Origin: Rhizodiscina lignyota | Lineage: Eukaryota | DNA: 64,000 bases | NCBI GenBank assembly: GCA_010015805.1 | Contig: ML978133.1 | Span: forward strand, 682,001-746,000 | Reading direction: 5' to 3' | Shown: one piece after another, positions 50,499 through 63,767 of the stretch | Numbering within the stretch: the first letter of the stretch is position 1 | Layout of the letters: each line of letters begins with the position of its first letter | Notes under the pieces: generated by a model | The model's database searches: none | Told to the model about the DNA's origin: nothing | The model's input: only the letters and a program-made list of their open reading frames with translations | Translations under genes and position numbers: made by a program

Positions 50499-51698
50499 TC
50501 ACGAAAAGAAGAAAGAATTGCCTTCCGTATCCTTCCTGTTCGCTTTGCTGTAGTCCTTGGTGGGGTCGAACTCTTCCCAGACGCTGGCGGGGAAAATGTG
50601 CTTGTTGCGCTCGTACCATCGCCGGTCGACCACTTTTGTGATCGTCGGATCATCGTCATAGCCTTCAAGCTCCTCTTCAGGAACCCCGACAGCTTTCTCT
50701 TTCTTCACCGGCTTGGCGAGGGGGTTATAGTTTGCCAGATCGACCTCCTCCTCCTGACCCGACTTTGGAGTCGCCGACGATCGCTCCGACGAGAAGTTGA
50801 AGAGGCGACCGCTGTACGACATGCTCTTGTTGATCATAAAGTAGTAGAACTCGTAGTGATGCGGGAGAATGATCTCGTTCCGAACGAGCATCAGATCGTC
50901 GACGCTGACTCGCGCCCACTCCCTCCGGCTCTTATCGCCTCCAACTCCAAGCTCTGCTCCCACCTTCCGCGCCTTGTCCAAGAACAGCCAGATGTAGTCG
51001 CCCTTCTTCACGCGACATCTGCCTCCAGGTACGTTTGTGCCATCGTAGAACACGAACGGGAGGACGATGTCTGTTGCCTTGACCACCTCTTGTGTTGCCA
51101 GAAACTCTTTCCTCAGCTGTTCTCTGGTCTGCGCTTCCTTGAGCAAGGCATTCTTCGTCCTGACCTTCGGCACGAACGCAATCTTCGAATTCGGACCTAA
51201 TCGCCGCTTTGCGGTCGAGGTATCGCTATCCACGTCGGAAGGGTCTGCGGATGGAGTTGCTCGCACGGCTGGGGTATTGCTCCTGGAAGTCGATGCCCCA
51301 GATGGAACATCATCCACCTCTTCGTCGTCATCTACATCAAACGATAGCTTGCCCCTTGCGATAGGCTTGCGCTTCTTCTTCGCGGGTTGAGGCGTCGAGG
51401 CACTGTACTTTGTAAATTAGCGCTGAACTTTGCGAACTGCGCCGCACCCTCTAACTTACCCGTCTGCCGGCGTTGAGACCCCAGAGGCAGGTGTAAGTCG
51501 GCCAGACGTCTGCTCCAAGGCCTCTGCGCGCCGCTTACGGAAATCAGACAGTTGCACGAGACCGACGGTCTGTTCCTTTAAGATGTCTTCGGCTGTCGCA
51601 TTGCGGGAGCTCTGCGATGTGAAGCGCGATGCGCCGACGGAGGCAGGCGTCGAGCTGCGCGACGGTGCAGCAGATGAATTCCCCGAGTTCTTGTCCAT
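50499..51698 (-). CDS. XAP5: XAP5/FAM50 family nuclear protein; intron 51403-51459
   Basis: EQTVGLVQLSDFRKRR, REQLRKEFL, PFVFYDG, VSVDDLMLV..IILPHHYEFY, TKVVDRRWYERNKHIFPASVWEEFDP. Confidence 0.92.
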
Positions 51699-52539
51699 GC
51701 TTGGAGCAAAGGCTATTTCCGTGCCTGTGGTGGTGAGATGCAGCTGGGAATGGTTATTTTAGAAGCAGCTCAAGGCTCCTGGATGGGATTTTCGATGTCT
51801 CATTCGGCAACTGCCGATATCGGCTTAGCCTGCGACAGGGGTAGCTGCAAGCTTGAGGTTGGAGACGACATGCTCAAAGAGCTACCCGCCATTCGCTCTA
51901 TCAGACAGTGTTGGATTGAGCCTGTGTGCGCTCGAATAGCTGTATGAGCCCGTTTTACACATGTGGAAGACACCCCAGAAATTTTCCGAATACCATGTGA
52001 AGTCGGAACGCATATTTCCATGTTCCAAGATCCCAGTTGGGGCTCCAATCCTCTCGCCAAAGAGGAAGGCTCACCTCTCTTGATTCTCCATCTCCCCTTG
52101 AGTCAATCGTTATCACTACGTCTTATTGCATCTCAAGCATGCTGCCACTCGCTGGATAAACGCGAGCAGTCTTTCCCTCGTCCTTGTGACTCTCCCCGCA
52201 AGGTGCACTCGCTTGTCTGCAATTTCTCCGCCCCTCTTCACAACCCCACAGTGGACGATCCTAGCTCGCAGCATCCGTACCTGATCCTTTCGTCATATCC
52301 GACCATTCACCAGGCCCGAAGCAGCAGGCGGACCCAAAAGGCTTGCTGCCCATTGCCGGCGCTGTAAGCTTGTTTACAGGAGCTTCGGACGATTGCAGCG
52401 CGAAAGACCATGGGGCTCCTCTCAACGGCCATCGCGCTATGCTACGCGGTGGCATTGACACTCTCTTATAAGCTGCCTCAGCAGCCATTGAGTCCTGCAA
52501 GCGGGGCCACTGGTAGCAATCAAGCTTCTCCTCTCCACG

Positions 52540-55500
52540 ATGGTCCGTTTCTCTCGCTTCTTCACGCTTGCCGTTTCGTGTGTGTCTTCGTTTGCGGCCA
52601 TTGCTGAGGCCGCTGTAGTTGCAAGAAAGCCTGCCATATCAATTGACCCTACGTCTGATGGGCTGCAAAATATTGTGACATGGGATGAGCACTCAATTTT
52701 TGTGCGCGGCGAGCGCGTGCTCTTCTACAGTGGAGAATTCCACCCATTCAGGTCCGCTTCCTGCTATTGTTGCATGGAATATGAAGAGTGACACTATACA
52801 GATTGCCCGTAGCAACGCTGTATTTGGACGTATTTCAAAAGATACGTGCACTAGGATACACTGGAGTCTCCTTCTATGTTGATTGGGTCAGTCAACGCGA
52901 TCTACCATGACCAGACATCAACATAACGATGCTGATATAATGGCTCCCAAAAGGCACTCCTCGAAGGCAAACCAGGGGAATATCTTGCAGAAGGAGTCTT
53001 TGACCTGAAGCCATTCTTTGATGCTGCAAAGGAGGCTGACATATATTTACTTGCTGTGAGTTAGCTTGACTGGGTAATTTGGCGATGACGAAGGCTAACC
53101 TTTGCACAGCGACCGGGCCCATACGTAAGTCTCTCGGCCATTGGCATCAGAAACCGCTGACTTTCAATTCGAAGATCAATGCAGAAGCCTCCGGTATGCA
53201 AATCGGATCATCCCACGAGAATGAGCTGACAACGGTTTAAGGTGGAGGCTTTCCAGGATGGCTCCAAAGGATCCCCGGCTACCTTCGTTCATCGAATGCG
53301 AGCTTCCTTGAAGCAACACAAAAGTACTGAATCGAGTTCGATTGATCAGATCATGTACTAATGCACATCTAGCTATGTAACGAACACTGGTCACATCATC
53401 GCCGAAGCTCAAATCACGAACGGCGGTCCTGTCATTCTGTTCCAGCCGGAGAACGAATATGCTGGAGGTGATGATGGGGGCTACTTTGCCTATGTTCGAG
53501 ACCAATGGCGCAAGACCGGCATTGTGGTCCCGCTGATAAACAACGACGTCAGTCATTCAGGACGTCAAGCACCAGGCAAGCCAGGTGGTGTAAACATCTA
53601 CGGCCACGATGGATATCCCCTTGGGTTCGATTGCGGACATCCGTTCACTTGGCCGGAAGGTCAGTTGACGGCGTATATGGGCGATTGGCATACGAAACAT
53701 CTTGAGTTCAGCCCCAAGACACCATACAGCATTGTCGAGGTACAGAAAATGCACAACAAAAAGCTCCATTATAGCTTACAATCATTTAGTTTCAAGGCGG
53801 ATCGTTTGATCCTTGGGGTGGACCTGGCTTCGAGCAATGTGCGATTCTGTTGAACATGGAATTTGAGCGCGTCTTCTACAAGGAAGATTTCAGCTTCGGC
53901 GTGACAATTTTCAACATCTACATGGTAAGGCTCCGTGAATATCAATGAGCTGAAATAAGCTAATTGCAAAAGACATATGGTGGCACGAACTGGGGTAATT
54001 TAGGACATCCAGGTAAGTACCTTACGCTGATTGATATTATAATAAGGGTAATTTAAGTGTTTAGGTGGATATACGAGTTACGATTATGCTGCAGTTATTC
54101 GCGAGGATCGCATGGTGGACCGCGAGAAGTACTCAGAAGCCAAGCTCCTCGCCAACATGCTCCAAGCCTCTCCGGCATACATCACAGCGACTCCTGGCAA
54201 TGCCACGAACGGGACACTTGCATCAACTGCAGCAATCACCGTTACTCCCCTCCACGACGAGAAGTCAGGGACGCGATTTTACGTCGTTCGACATGCCGTG
54301 TACAATACATTGGATACGACGGATTACAAGCTTACTGTTGACTCGAGCGTTGGCACGATCACGATCCCACAGCTGCAAGGAAGTCTGTCATTACACGGCC
54401 GCGACTCGAAGATTCATGTTGTCGATTACGATGTCGGCGGCACGAAGCTGCTATACAGCTCGGCCGAGATTTTCACGTGGAAGAAGTATTCATCTTCGAC
54501 CGTCCTTGTTGTGTATGGCGGACCAGGAGAGCTGCATGAAATGGCATTCAAGACGAATAAGAAACCCTCTGTCCTAGAAGGCTCTGGTATCACTTTTGGA
54601 TCGAAGAAGGGAGCCTATATCTTGAACTTTGAGACTAGTACATCGAGACGTATTGTTCAAGTTGGAAGCCTATTCGTCTATGTTCTTGGTAAGAAAACCT
54701 GGAATTTAGTATTTTATTGAGACCGCTAACAGTTTTCAGATCGTAACTCGGCATACAACTACTGGACGCTCAAGATCTCCGATGACTCCTACGCCATCGT
54801 CAAAGCCGGCTATCTGCTGCGAACCGCTTCGCTCTCATACGGTACTTTAGCATTGACTGGAGACTTCAACGCCACTACTGAGGTAGAAGTCATCGGTGCA
54901 CCGTCCTTCTCACGTTTGACGATCAACGGCAAGTCCGTTCAATCTTCATACTCCAAGAAGCACGGATCAACTTCCACCACAGTTCAGTACCAAAAGGCTA
55001 CCCCGAAGTTGCCGAACCTCAGAACGGCAACATGGCACTATATCGACAGTCTGCCAGAGATCCAGTCATCCTATTCCGATGCCGACTGGACGGTCGCCGA
55101 TCACACAAAGACAAACAACACGCACCGGAAGCCAGTACTTACCCCAAAGGTTCTTTTCTCGAGCGACTACGGCTACCACACCGGAAGTCTTATCTATCGC
55201 GGCCACTTTACTGCCAATGGAGAGGAGAAGACGCTCAAGCTCTGGACCCAAGGTGGTTCAGCGTACGGCATGTCTGCATGGCTCGGGGATACGTTTCTGG
55301 GCTCATGGAACGGCGCTGACTACGCCGAGGAATGGAACAGCACATTTACCCTACCGAACAGCATCAAGAAGGGCAAGAAGTACATCTTCACGGTTCTGAT
55401 CGATGTCACAGGTCTCGAGGAGGACTTTACGCCCGCCGAGTAAGTTCCCTTCCCCTTCACACTTCCCTCTGCCAAAATACTGACACCATCCAAGCGAACA

Positions 55501-56119
55501 AATGAAAGAACCCCGCGGCATCCTCGACTACTCTCTGTCTGGCCACCCCAAGTCCGCCATCACCTGGAAACTAACCGGTAACCTCGGCGGCGAATCCTAC
55601 CCCGACAAGACGCGCGGCCCGCTCAACGAAGGCGCTCTCTACGCCGAGCGGCAAGGCTACCACCTCCCCTCCCCACCCATCTCCTCGCCTGGCTGGAAGA
55701 CAGTCTCTGGTGGCCCGCTCAAGGGCATCACCTCCCCCGGTGTCGCCTTCTACACCACCAGCTTCAGCCTCGACATGCCGTCGGGCTACGACATCCCTCT
55801 CTCCTTCACCTTCAACAACGGCAGCGCCACGGACGCGGCAGGGCGCAGTCTCGCGTACCGCGCGATTCTGTACGTGAATGGGTACCAGTTCGGCAAGTAC
55901 GTGCATAATGTCGGCCCGCAGGACACGTACCCTGTGCCTGAGGGGATTCTGAATTACCATGGGGAGAATTGGGTTGCGGTGGCGCTGTGGGCGTTGGAGA
56001 AGGGTGGGGCGAAGTTGACGGGTTTGGACTTGGGCGCTGATGCGGTGATTGTGAGCGCACTGGAGCCGATCACAAATAGTCCGATGCCGGGCTGGGAGAA
56101 GAGAGCTGGGGCGTACTGA
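52540..56119 (+). CDS. lacA: Secreted GH35 beta-galactosidase (LacA/BgaA type), about 11 introns; possible alternative start at 52410
   Basis: [90 protein letters not shown]. Confidence 0.95.
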
Positions 56120-56230
56120 GTGAGGTTGTGAGATGCGATGCGAGAGCAGGGTTATGGCTTGATGTATATACACGTTCTCTTAAGGATAATAAAATCGTTG
56201 GACACGGCTCAAGTTGAAATACCTAAGTAC

Positions 56231-56386
56231 AAGCAGCTCTTGCACTTCCAGGTAATCGATACTACCTCTGAAAGCTTGATTCTACGTCCGTTGGAGGGTA
56301 TATGATTTGGTCGCCCGATAAGCTGTAACGCCGAAGGGAAAGCAGCTCTTGCACTTCAGACCGAGCGATACTATCTGTGAAAGCTC
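56231..56386. repeat. Imperfect direct repeat, about 46-bp units 109 bp apart
   Basis: aagcagctcttgcacttc..cgatacta.ct.tgaaagct at 56231 and 56340. Confidence 0.75.
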
Positions 56387-56746
56387 AATATCGTATTCTG
56401 TGCAGTGTGTTACACGATAGCATACTGGCGACAGCTTCGGACGCTGTATTAGCTACGGAGGGAATATGTGCTGTCTGCGTGAAAGCTGTGGCCAGCGTTT
56501 TCGTCCCCATCGAGCTAAGACGGTGTAGGCTTTGCATATATGTTGGAGTCGATGATGAATGGCCTTGGATATACCTTCTGGAAAGTCATACTGACAAAAC
56601 GAATGAGGTTCATTATACTACAGCTCATGCCAATCGCTGAAATTTCGCGCTATCTGTAGCGCGAAAGCCCACCATTGAACTTGTCGATCGACAAGTCGCG
56701 ACCATTGATCATTAGAAAACACTCTTGGGTATATCTTTCTCTCTAC

Positions 56747-58067
56747 CTAACTCGGCGCCGGTGTTCCCGCCGCACTGCTCGTCCCAGGCGTATCCGCTCC
56801 CCCAGCAATCTTCTTCTTTTTCTTCTTCTTCGCCCTCGGCAGCACTGCTGGCACCACGCCCGCCTCTCGAGGCAGAATGAGCTGCGTCCCGCACGTCAAA
56901 CATTGTCCATCTGCGAGCGGCTCGCAGAAGATGCTCAGGCACACGCTACACACGTAGCCGATGTCAACGACTCGCCGGTGGCAGAAGCATGCCGCACGGA
57001 AGTCGACTGCTGCGTCGGCGGGTGGGACTAAGGAGTGTCGTGCGTATGAGTCGGGGAGGAGTGGGTGCAGGAGGTGTAGGAGTAGGCCTTGAAGGGTGCC
57101 GCTGACTGCCGCGGCGGCTGTGTCGGCAGGCGCTTTGCCGTTTGTCTTCGTGCTGGAGTCTAATGGAGGAGTGTAGTGTGATGGGTCGAGGTATATCCCA
57201 CCGGTGCTGTCGCACGCTTGCTGCAGGAAGACGGTGTCGCCTGCGAGCTTGAGCACGTCGATCGGCACGCGCTGCCGTTGTGCGGCAAAGATGGTGTTCA
57301 TGACTGGGATGTATTGCGCTGCTAGGTCGCCGGACACGCTGAGTATGAGGATGCGGCTTGTGAGCGTCTGGCGTGAGCGAGCGGACGCTGCGTCTTGTCC
57401 GTCGACAGAGGTCATTGGCAGCGCTGCGCTGCTCACTGCGGAGGTGTCTGCGTTGAGGAGGACGGAAGGGTCGCTGGGGGACTTGAGGAGGATCTGCTTG
57501 TTGATGTATGCCAGGGCTGTGGTGAGGGCACCGGCAATCATGGTGGTGGTTCGGGATTTGAGGTCCTCCGGAGTGGTCTTAGAAATGAGATTTGTGAGGT
57601 TTGCGAGCAGTTCTTGCTCGATTATGCGGAAGGGGCGGTACTTGTTCGCATCGTCTTCGTTCGCAATGCGCTCTGCAATTCCATTGCTCATCTCAACATC
57701 GCCGTTGCTCGCAGCCTCGTTTGTGGTGCCTGAGTCTCGCCCTCCAGGCTGTGGTGGCTTCGGCGTGGGATAAAGAAATTGTGCGCATGTTGTGTGACTG
57801 GCAATGACGGCGACTTGGTTCGCATGGTTTATAGCCAGGTGAGCGTTTATGAAGACCAGAAGATTTGCGATGACTTTGGAGAGCGGAAGGGTCGAGGAGA
57901 GAATGGACCAGGCATACGGGTTGGTGTCGAGGATGATGGTTAAGAGGGACGGCGGAGGAGCTTTAAATAATCTAACTTAGCCTGAAGGATACTGCTTAGA
58001 GGAGGAGTGATGTATACATACCTTCAGACGCTGTAATAGTACGGTCTGTACCATCTATTGCGTTCAT
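56747..58067 (-). CDS. TFB4: TFIIH subunit Tfb4/p34; intron about 57961-58021
   Basis: PSLLTIILDTNP, ALTTALAYIN, SRILILSVSGD..QYIPVMN..FLQQACDSTGG, VDFRAACFCH..GYVCSVCLSIFC..CLTC. Confidence 0.94.
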
Positions 58068-58442
58068 CGTGCTCCTGGTCGTGTGCTCATCACTGTTGAT
58101 GAGTGATGGAGTCTTGCAAAGTTTGGTGTGGAATCGCTCGGTAAATGGTAAGAAAGCGTGCTTTTTATCGGAAGTGGCGGAGAATATCGGTCTCTATTAA
58201 GGATGGTAATATAAAAAATGTGTGAAGTTGAAGACGCGCTTTTCGACTCTTAACGCGCCCTGCAGTGACGTTCACGATCCCTGCAAATTTGAGCGCAACC
58301 CCACGGCGAAAGCTTCAAGGCAGCTCCGAGAGAGCTTTAATATTCAAACTCACCACCTCCACCGTCCAATTCCTCTTCGCACTCCCTCTTCTCTCTTCTC
58401 CTCCCCTACATGCTCCTATAGCGATCCCTCACGCGCTCGAAA

Positions 58443-59514
58443 ATGTCCTACTTCTTCACTACACCCGTCGACATCGACATCGTGCTCGAAGACAGCGATG
58501 AGCGCCAAACTGTAGACGTCAAGCTCGAGAAGAACCGCCGCGAGAAGGTCCCTCTGTACAAAGATGGCGAGTCGGTCAAGGGCGCGGTGACAATCCGGCC
58601 AAAGGACGGCAAGAGGCTAGAGCACACTGGCATCAAAGTGCAATTCATCGGCACCATAGGTAGGTCCCTCCCATGTTCCCTCTCCACATCAAACAATTAC
58701 ACATACCCCGAAAGACAAGATCCCCGGCCACCAACACGAAGGCTTCACAGAAATGTTCTTCGACCGCGGCAACCACTACGAGTTCCTCTCCCTCGGCCAG
58801 GAGCTCGCCGCGCCCGGCGACCTGCAGCACCCGCAGACGTTCGAGTTCAACTTCAAGAACGTCGAGAAGCAGTACGAGTCATACAACGGCATCAACGTGC
58901 GCCTGCGCTACTTTGTGCGTGTCACTGTGTCGCGGCGCATGGCGGACGTGACGCGGGAGAAGGACATCTGGGTGTACAGCTACCGAGTCTCGCCCGAGAC
59001 GAACGCGAGCATCAAGATGGACGTTGGTATTGAGGATTGCCTACACATCGAGTTCGAGTACAGCAAGAGCAAGTACCACCTCAAGGATGTGATTGTGGGG
59101 AGGATCTACTTCTTGCTGGTGAGGTTGAAAATCAAGCACATGGAGCTAAGCATCATACGCCGGGAGACGACGGGCGCCGCGCCGAATCAGTACAATGAGA
59201 GTGAGACGCTGGTGCGGTTCGAGGTGAGTTCCTTTTGTTGTATGTGACGATAAATGGGTGGGGACACTGACGGGTATCAGATAATGGATGGCTCGCCGTC
59301 AAGAGGAGAGACGATACCCATCAGACTGTTTCTCGGCGGCTTTGACCTCACCCCTACGTTCCGCGAAGTCAACAAGAAGTTCTCGACAAGGTACTACCTC
59401 AGCCTCGTGCTCATCGACGAAGACGCGCGAAGATATTTCAAGCAGTCGGAGATCGTGCTCTTCCGGCAACCACCAGAGGGCGTGCTCCCCCCATCAGACT
59501 CCAAGTCCGCATAG
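58443..59514 (+). CDS. VPS26: Retromer subunit Vps26; introns about 58660-58750 and 59224-59280
   Basis: KRLEHTGIKVQFIG, VEKQYESYNGINVRLRYF, IKMDVGIEDCLHIEFEY, MDGSPSRGETIPIRLFL. Confidence 0.96.
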
Positions 59515-60973
59515 TCTGTTTCTGCTCTGCAAAGTTCGGCGTGGGTGGCGTTGGTTTTGTGCATAAAGCATGGGTGGTCAAAGGCGCAATGATACCATAT
59601 CTTGAGGATGGGAGAACAATTGCATCCTTGTTAATATACTTCGGATGGGTACGCCGATTATGGCCTTCTGCGCGAATAGAATAAGTTTTCTCGAGCTGAG
59701 TATCCACTTTAAGTACGGATGAGTATGCATCCAGGTTGACTTCCAGACATGATATCACTGGCGCTGAAGAAAGCAATGTTGCACTTATCTTCAAGCTCTC
59801 GACTTTGAATTGCGAAGGCGATTATAGCTTCTACCCAAAAAGAGGATGTTCATCGGAGCTGAGTATTTCCCTGGAACAGAGACAAACGCATTCTCCCAGA
59901 GGATCTCCACAAGGGATATCACTTCCCTGGAAGAAAGGAACATCGCATATACCTAGAAGCTTTCGACAACAGTTCACTTGCTGTGAAGAGCGTGACCCAC
60001 CATATACTGTATACCTTCACTGACAGTGTCGCCTCTCCCAAAGAACAGAAAGTACTAAATATCTATCAATTTTTGAGCAGTCTCTGTTAACGAGCCCTTA
60101 CAATTCGCATCCACCTCACCTTCAAATATTCGGTCATCACTGTTATCTTGGAGTTTCTTCTACAAGTCTCAGGCACGGAGCCTCGCTCGTACTGGACAGG
60201 GCATTGGTACAGGTAGTCCTGGTAGTGGTAGGGTTTTTGCTGGTGCTAAAATTGCAGCGCATATCGACACTGCAATTGGCTCGAGTACTGAAATGCCTGC
60301 ATTTCGGATCCCAAGCCCACTCTCATCGAGTCACTCCTGGGGAAAGACACAGTATGAGCATGGATGTATGAGTCATTAGGTATCTATTCTTTCTACGGAG
60401 TATACACGCCTTTTAGAACCATGAAAAGGATAAGAAGAAAGAAGAATGTAGAACTCCATCTAGCCAGTAAAGCCATCAAACTCTCAGCCGTCATGAGAAA
60501 CCAGCCCTTTTAGGAAACTCAGCATCGTTACACAGGAGACTCTGTGCGCCTGTATGAGGAGCCATGCCGTGTTCGGGTAAAGCAGAAATGTCATGCTCTC
60601 ATTAGGTCGTCGTAAGCAATCTCAGGCCTGTCATTAATTAGAGACCATTAGATAGTCCTCGTTGAACTCCATAGAATGCCGAATGCACACAACTCCATGA
60701 CAAAGGGAAAGGCCGAGATTTGTATCTCGATCATCAGGTGGAGGGGAGAGCTTTTCAGTGGAAGATTTCGGAAGTGCCCGAGCCGCAGATTAATTAATCA
60801 TTAGGAAGGAAGGGTGTCTCGTCGAAGGATAGCTGTAGGTCTGGTATGTATCAGCAACAATCCATTATCTGAGAGGAGGAAACCGACATACCGTCAGAAG
60901 CACCCGAGCAGCAATCAAGCAAGCAGTAGATGACTCTCAACATATGCTTCGGGACTGACTTGAGTAAGGACCA

Positions 60974-63135
60974 TCAATTTTTGCGCTTCTTGAAGCGCAT
61001 TGCGCGGCCGCCTTGTGCGATTGCTCCGCCTCCAGGGCTGCGGGACATGCAGCACACGGGTAGAGGTTCGTTGGCATGCATGGATGCCAGAGCCTAGAGG
61101 TAGAAAATCAGCTATCTACATCCCTTTGACGTGGACCCGGGGCACTTACAAAGGAGTCGGTGTTGTGGGCAAAGTACAAGAATGCGCCTTCGCTCGTCTT
61201 CTTGATAGCAAGCACACCGATTGCTCCGCCGCAGTTGCTGTTCTTTACACTTGGGTGGCCTTTTGCTATTGTTAGATAGATTATTTGTGCAAACGAGGAT
61301 ATCAGCGAAGAAGAATCCAACTCACCCATGAAATCATGCTCAATAAAGCTCCTGAGCACATCGTCATCATGGTCAACAGAGGTGAGGCCACCCAAGCGAT
61401 TGCCAAGGCTGCCAACGCTTCCATCCATGGCATCTGCATTCGACGGGGTATTAAATGCACCCTCACTTTTGACAGAACGATAGAGGCGTTCCGCACACAC
61501 GCCGGCGGCCATGGTTGTGGTCATGTGCTCTCCGGTGCCGCTCGTAACGGCAGCAGTGCATGTCCGATCATCGTCACCTTCGCTAATAGGAATGACAGCG
61601 GCGCCGACGTTGACGAGAGCAGCTGGGCCAATACGACCGCGACGCTTCATTCCAATGCCGCCAGATGAGGCACCGGCAGCGATGTTGCCGTAGACATCAA
61701 TAGCGATCGCGCCGACAGTGTCAATGATCATATCATCGCGATCATTAGACTTGTTGTCTTCGGTGATGGTAGGCACATGAGGTATCGGCGTTCCAGCACT
61801 TGGCGACGGACCCTCTTGCTTCACTGCAGGCGTATCAGGAAGCGGCACGCCGCTCGGCTCGGCTGGCGGAGATGGAGTTATGGATGGTAATTGCAGCGTC
61901 GAGTTTGAGCTCTCCGACTCGCCGCCAGATGAGCCATCATTCCAGCCACGCCCAGCCACAGGACGATGCATCCAGGCTTCAGGAACCTCGTGGTCCACAT
62001 CAGCCATTTCAACTTCTTGGCCCTCGAAAACTTGCTCGAAGCCTGTGGATCCTTCAGTTGCGTCCGAAGACGCGGACTCGGCATCATAAAACTCAGAGAC
62101 TGTCGGCACTTTTTGCGTGCTGTTTACGAAGGGATTCATAGAAGAATCAATTGTCGTCAAAGAGCTTCTGCTAGGAGTTTGAGGAAGTCCCGGAGTAGTG
62201 CACGGCGTGGTACCAGTAGTAGGAGATGATGATCCCGTCTGAAGAGCCGCAGGTGAAGGTGGAGATGAAGGAGAAGGATTTGGCGGCTTGCTCCAAGTAA
62301 TTTCTGACAACTGGCGGGTGTGACTTTCGCGAATCTTTTCCTGTTCCAGATCGCGAGGCAACAGGTTAGGCGTGCGCCTCTTTCTCTTGAAGCCACCTCC
62401 AGTGATTCCAAGCTTCTCAATCCTCTCAATCTTTCTCTTCTCTGCCTTCCTGAGGTCTTCAACCCATCTCTTCCATCTCTCTCGTGCGCCTGGCGACACT
62501 AACGCGTCGTGTGGCAGGATAGGAAGACCCATCTCGTATGCGAAATCCGTTGCACCTTGTCCGACAAGAAGGTTTGGGGCGACGCGCTTTAAGGTGAGAG
62601 GCTCCATACTGTGGTCCAATACCTTGCGAGCTAGGACAATCGGATTTTGGATTTCTGACACTGCGTTACTAAACGGAAATGCTGCGAACTGGTGGAATCG
62701 GAATACTTACGAGCAACAGCACCAACTGCGCCACTTCGACCGAAATGGTCGACAACGACAGCATCACACTCGACGACACCATCCACGGCCAAGTTGCTTC
62801 CGTATCCAGCGTTCGTTATTTCCTTGTCTTCGAGGACTCTGATTGCGATCTCGCAAGCTTCGACGGCAGTGGCACCGCTCTTTAGGAGATACATGGCAGC
62901 CTTGCAGGCACTGTGACTCTGTTAGTCGAGCGCTCGAGCCTTGACATGCTCGGCTGAATTGATGGACGTACTCTTCACAGGCTTTTAAATGAAGGTTCTG
63001 GTTCTGCACGCTATGATAGCCTGCTCCAGCATGGACAAAGATTGCGCGGATGTCGCCCCCTCGCTTCTTGGGCACAAGCGCGTCCGGGGCAGGCGTTTTA
63101 GGGGGTGTCCTGGGTATAGCCATATTGGAGGCCAT
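60974..63135 (-). CDS. Taspase-1-like threonine aspartase / type-2 asparaginase (Ntn hydrolase), about 4 introns
   Basis: IFVHAGAG, LEDKEITNAGYGSNL..ECDA, NPIVLAR, LLVGQGA, autocleavage site DTVGA, ASSGG..GRIGPAA, TSGTGE, AHNTDSF; last exon ALASMH..GGRAMRFKKRKN*. Confidence 0.9.
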
Positions 63136-63767
63136 AGAGGACGAGTGTGGATGTGTAATTCGATTGTGATGATCAGAGTTCCGAGAGTGAAGATGTCTGC
63201 AGATTTTGTGGAATGAAGATTCACTCGGCTGCCCCTTCGAGGAACCTCCAATTCTTCTCCCAGTAACGGGACACCTGAGGTGAGAGCGGCTTGTTTTATC
63301 CGTGGTGAAAGTGGAATGAGGGGAATCTCATATGTCAGTCTAGTCTTGAATCTGCTTTCGCTGAAGCAAAAAACTAGATTGAGTGATGCTTAGCTGGGAG
63401 ATTATATCCAATGTCATCTACTTCGAGACCGTGTGACACGATGCTTGGAGTGAGGAGAGACCACAGGAGGTGCCGGACGTAGGACGATGCAATACTGACG
63501 AGCCCTGGAGCTTGAGAAGGCTTTGGCGCGTAGGCTTCTTTAGAGTAAAAGGTTTACGGCCTGAGGGTTGTTGTAATCTGCGCTTCTGAGGGTTGTGATG
63601 GTGTTGAGAAGACGGGGCAGAAGGCAGAGGCAGGGAAGATTGAAATATCGCCTATAACGAATGATTATGGCTCTCTCAATGAGAGGCAGTGTGTGGCTGG
63701 CAGGAGGATTGAAAGCTGCAGCAGCTTAATGGACGGGATGAAGGGAGAAACTGGAGGCAGAGTTGCG

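Noticed and set aside
6626..59514. MDM1, VPS11 and VPS26 in one window as a trafficking cluster
   Set aside because: They are widely spaced among unrelated housekeeping genes, so chance is sufficient.
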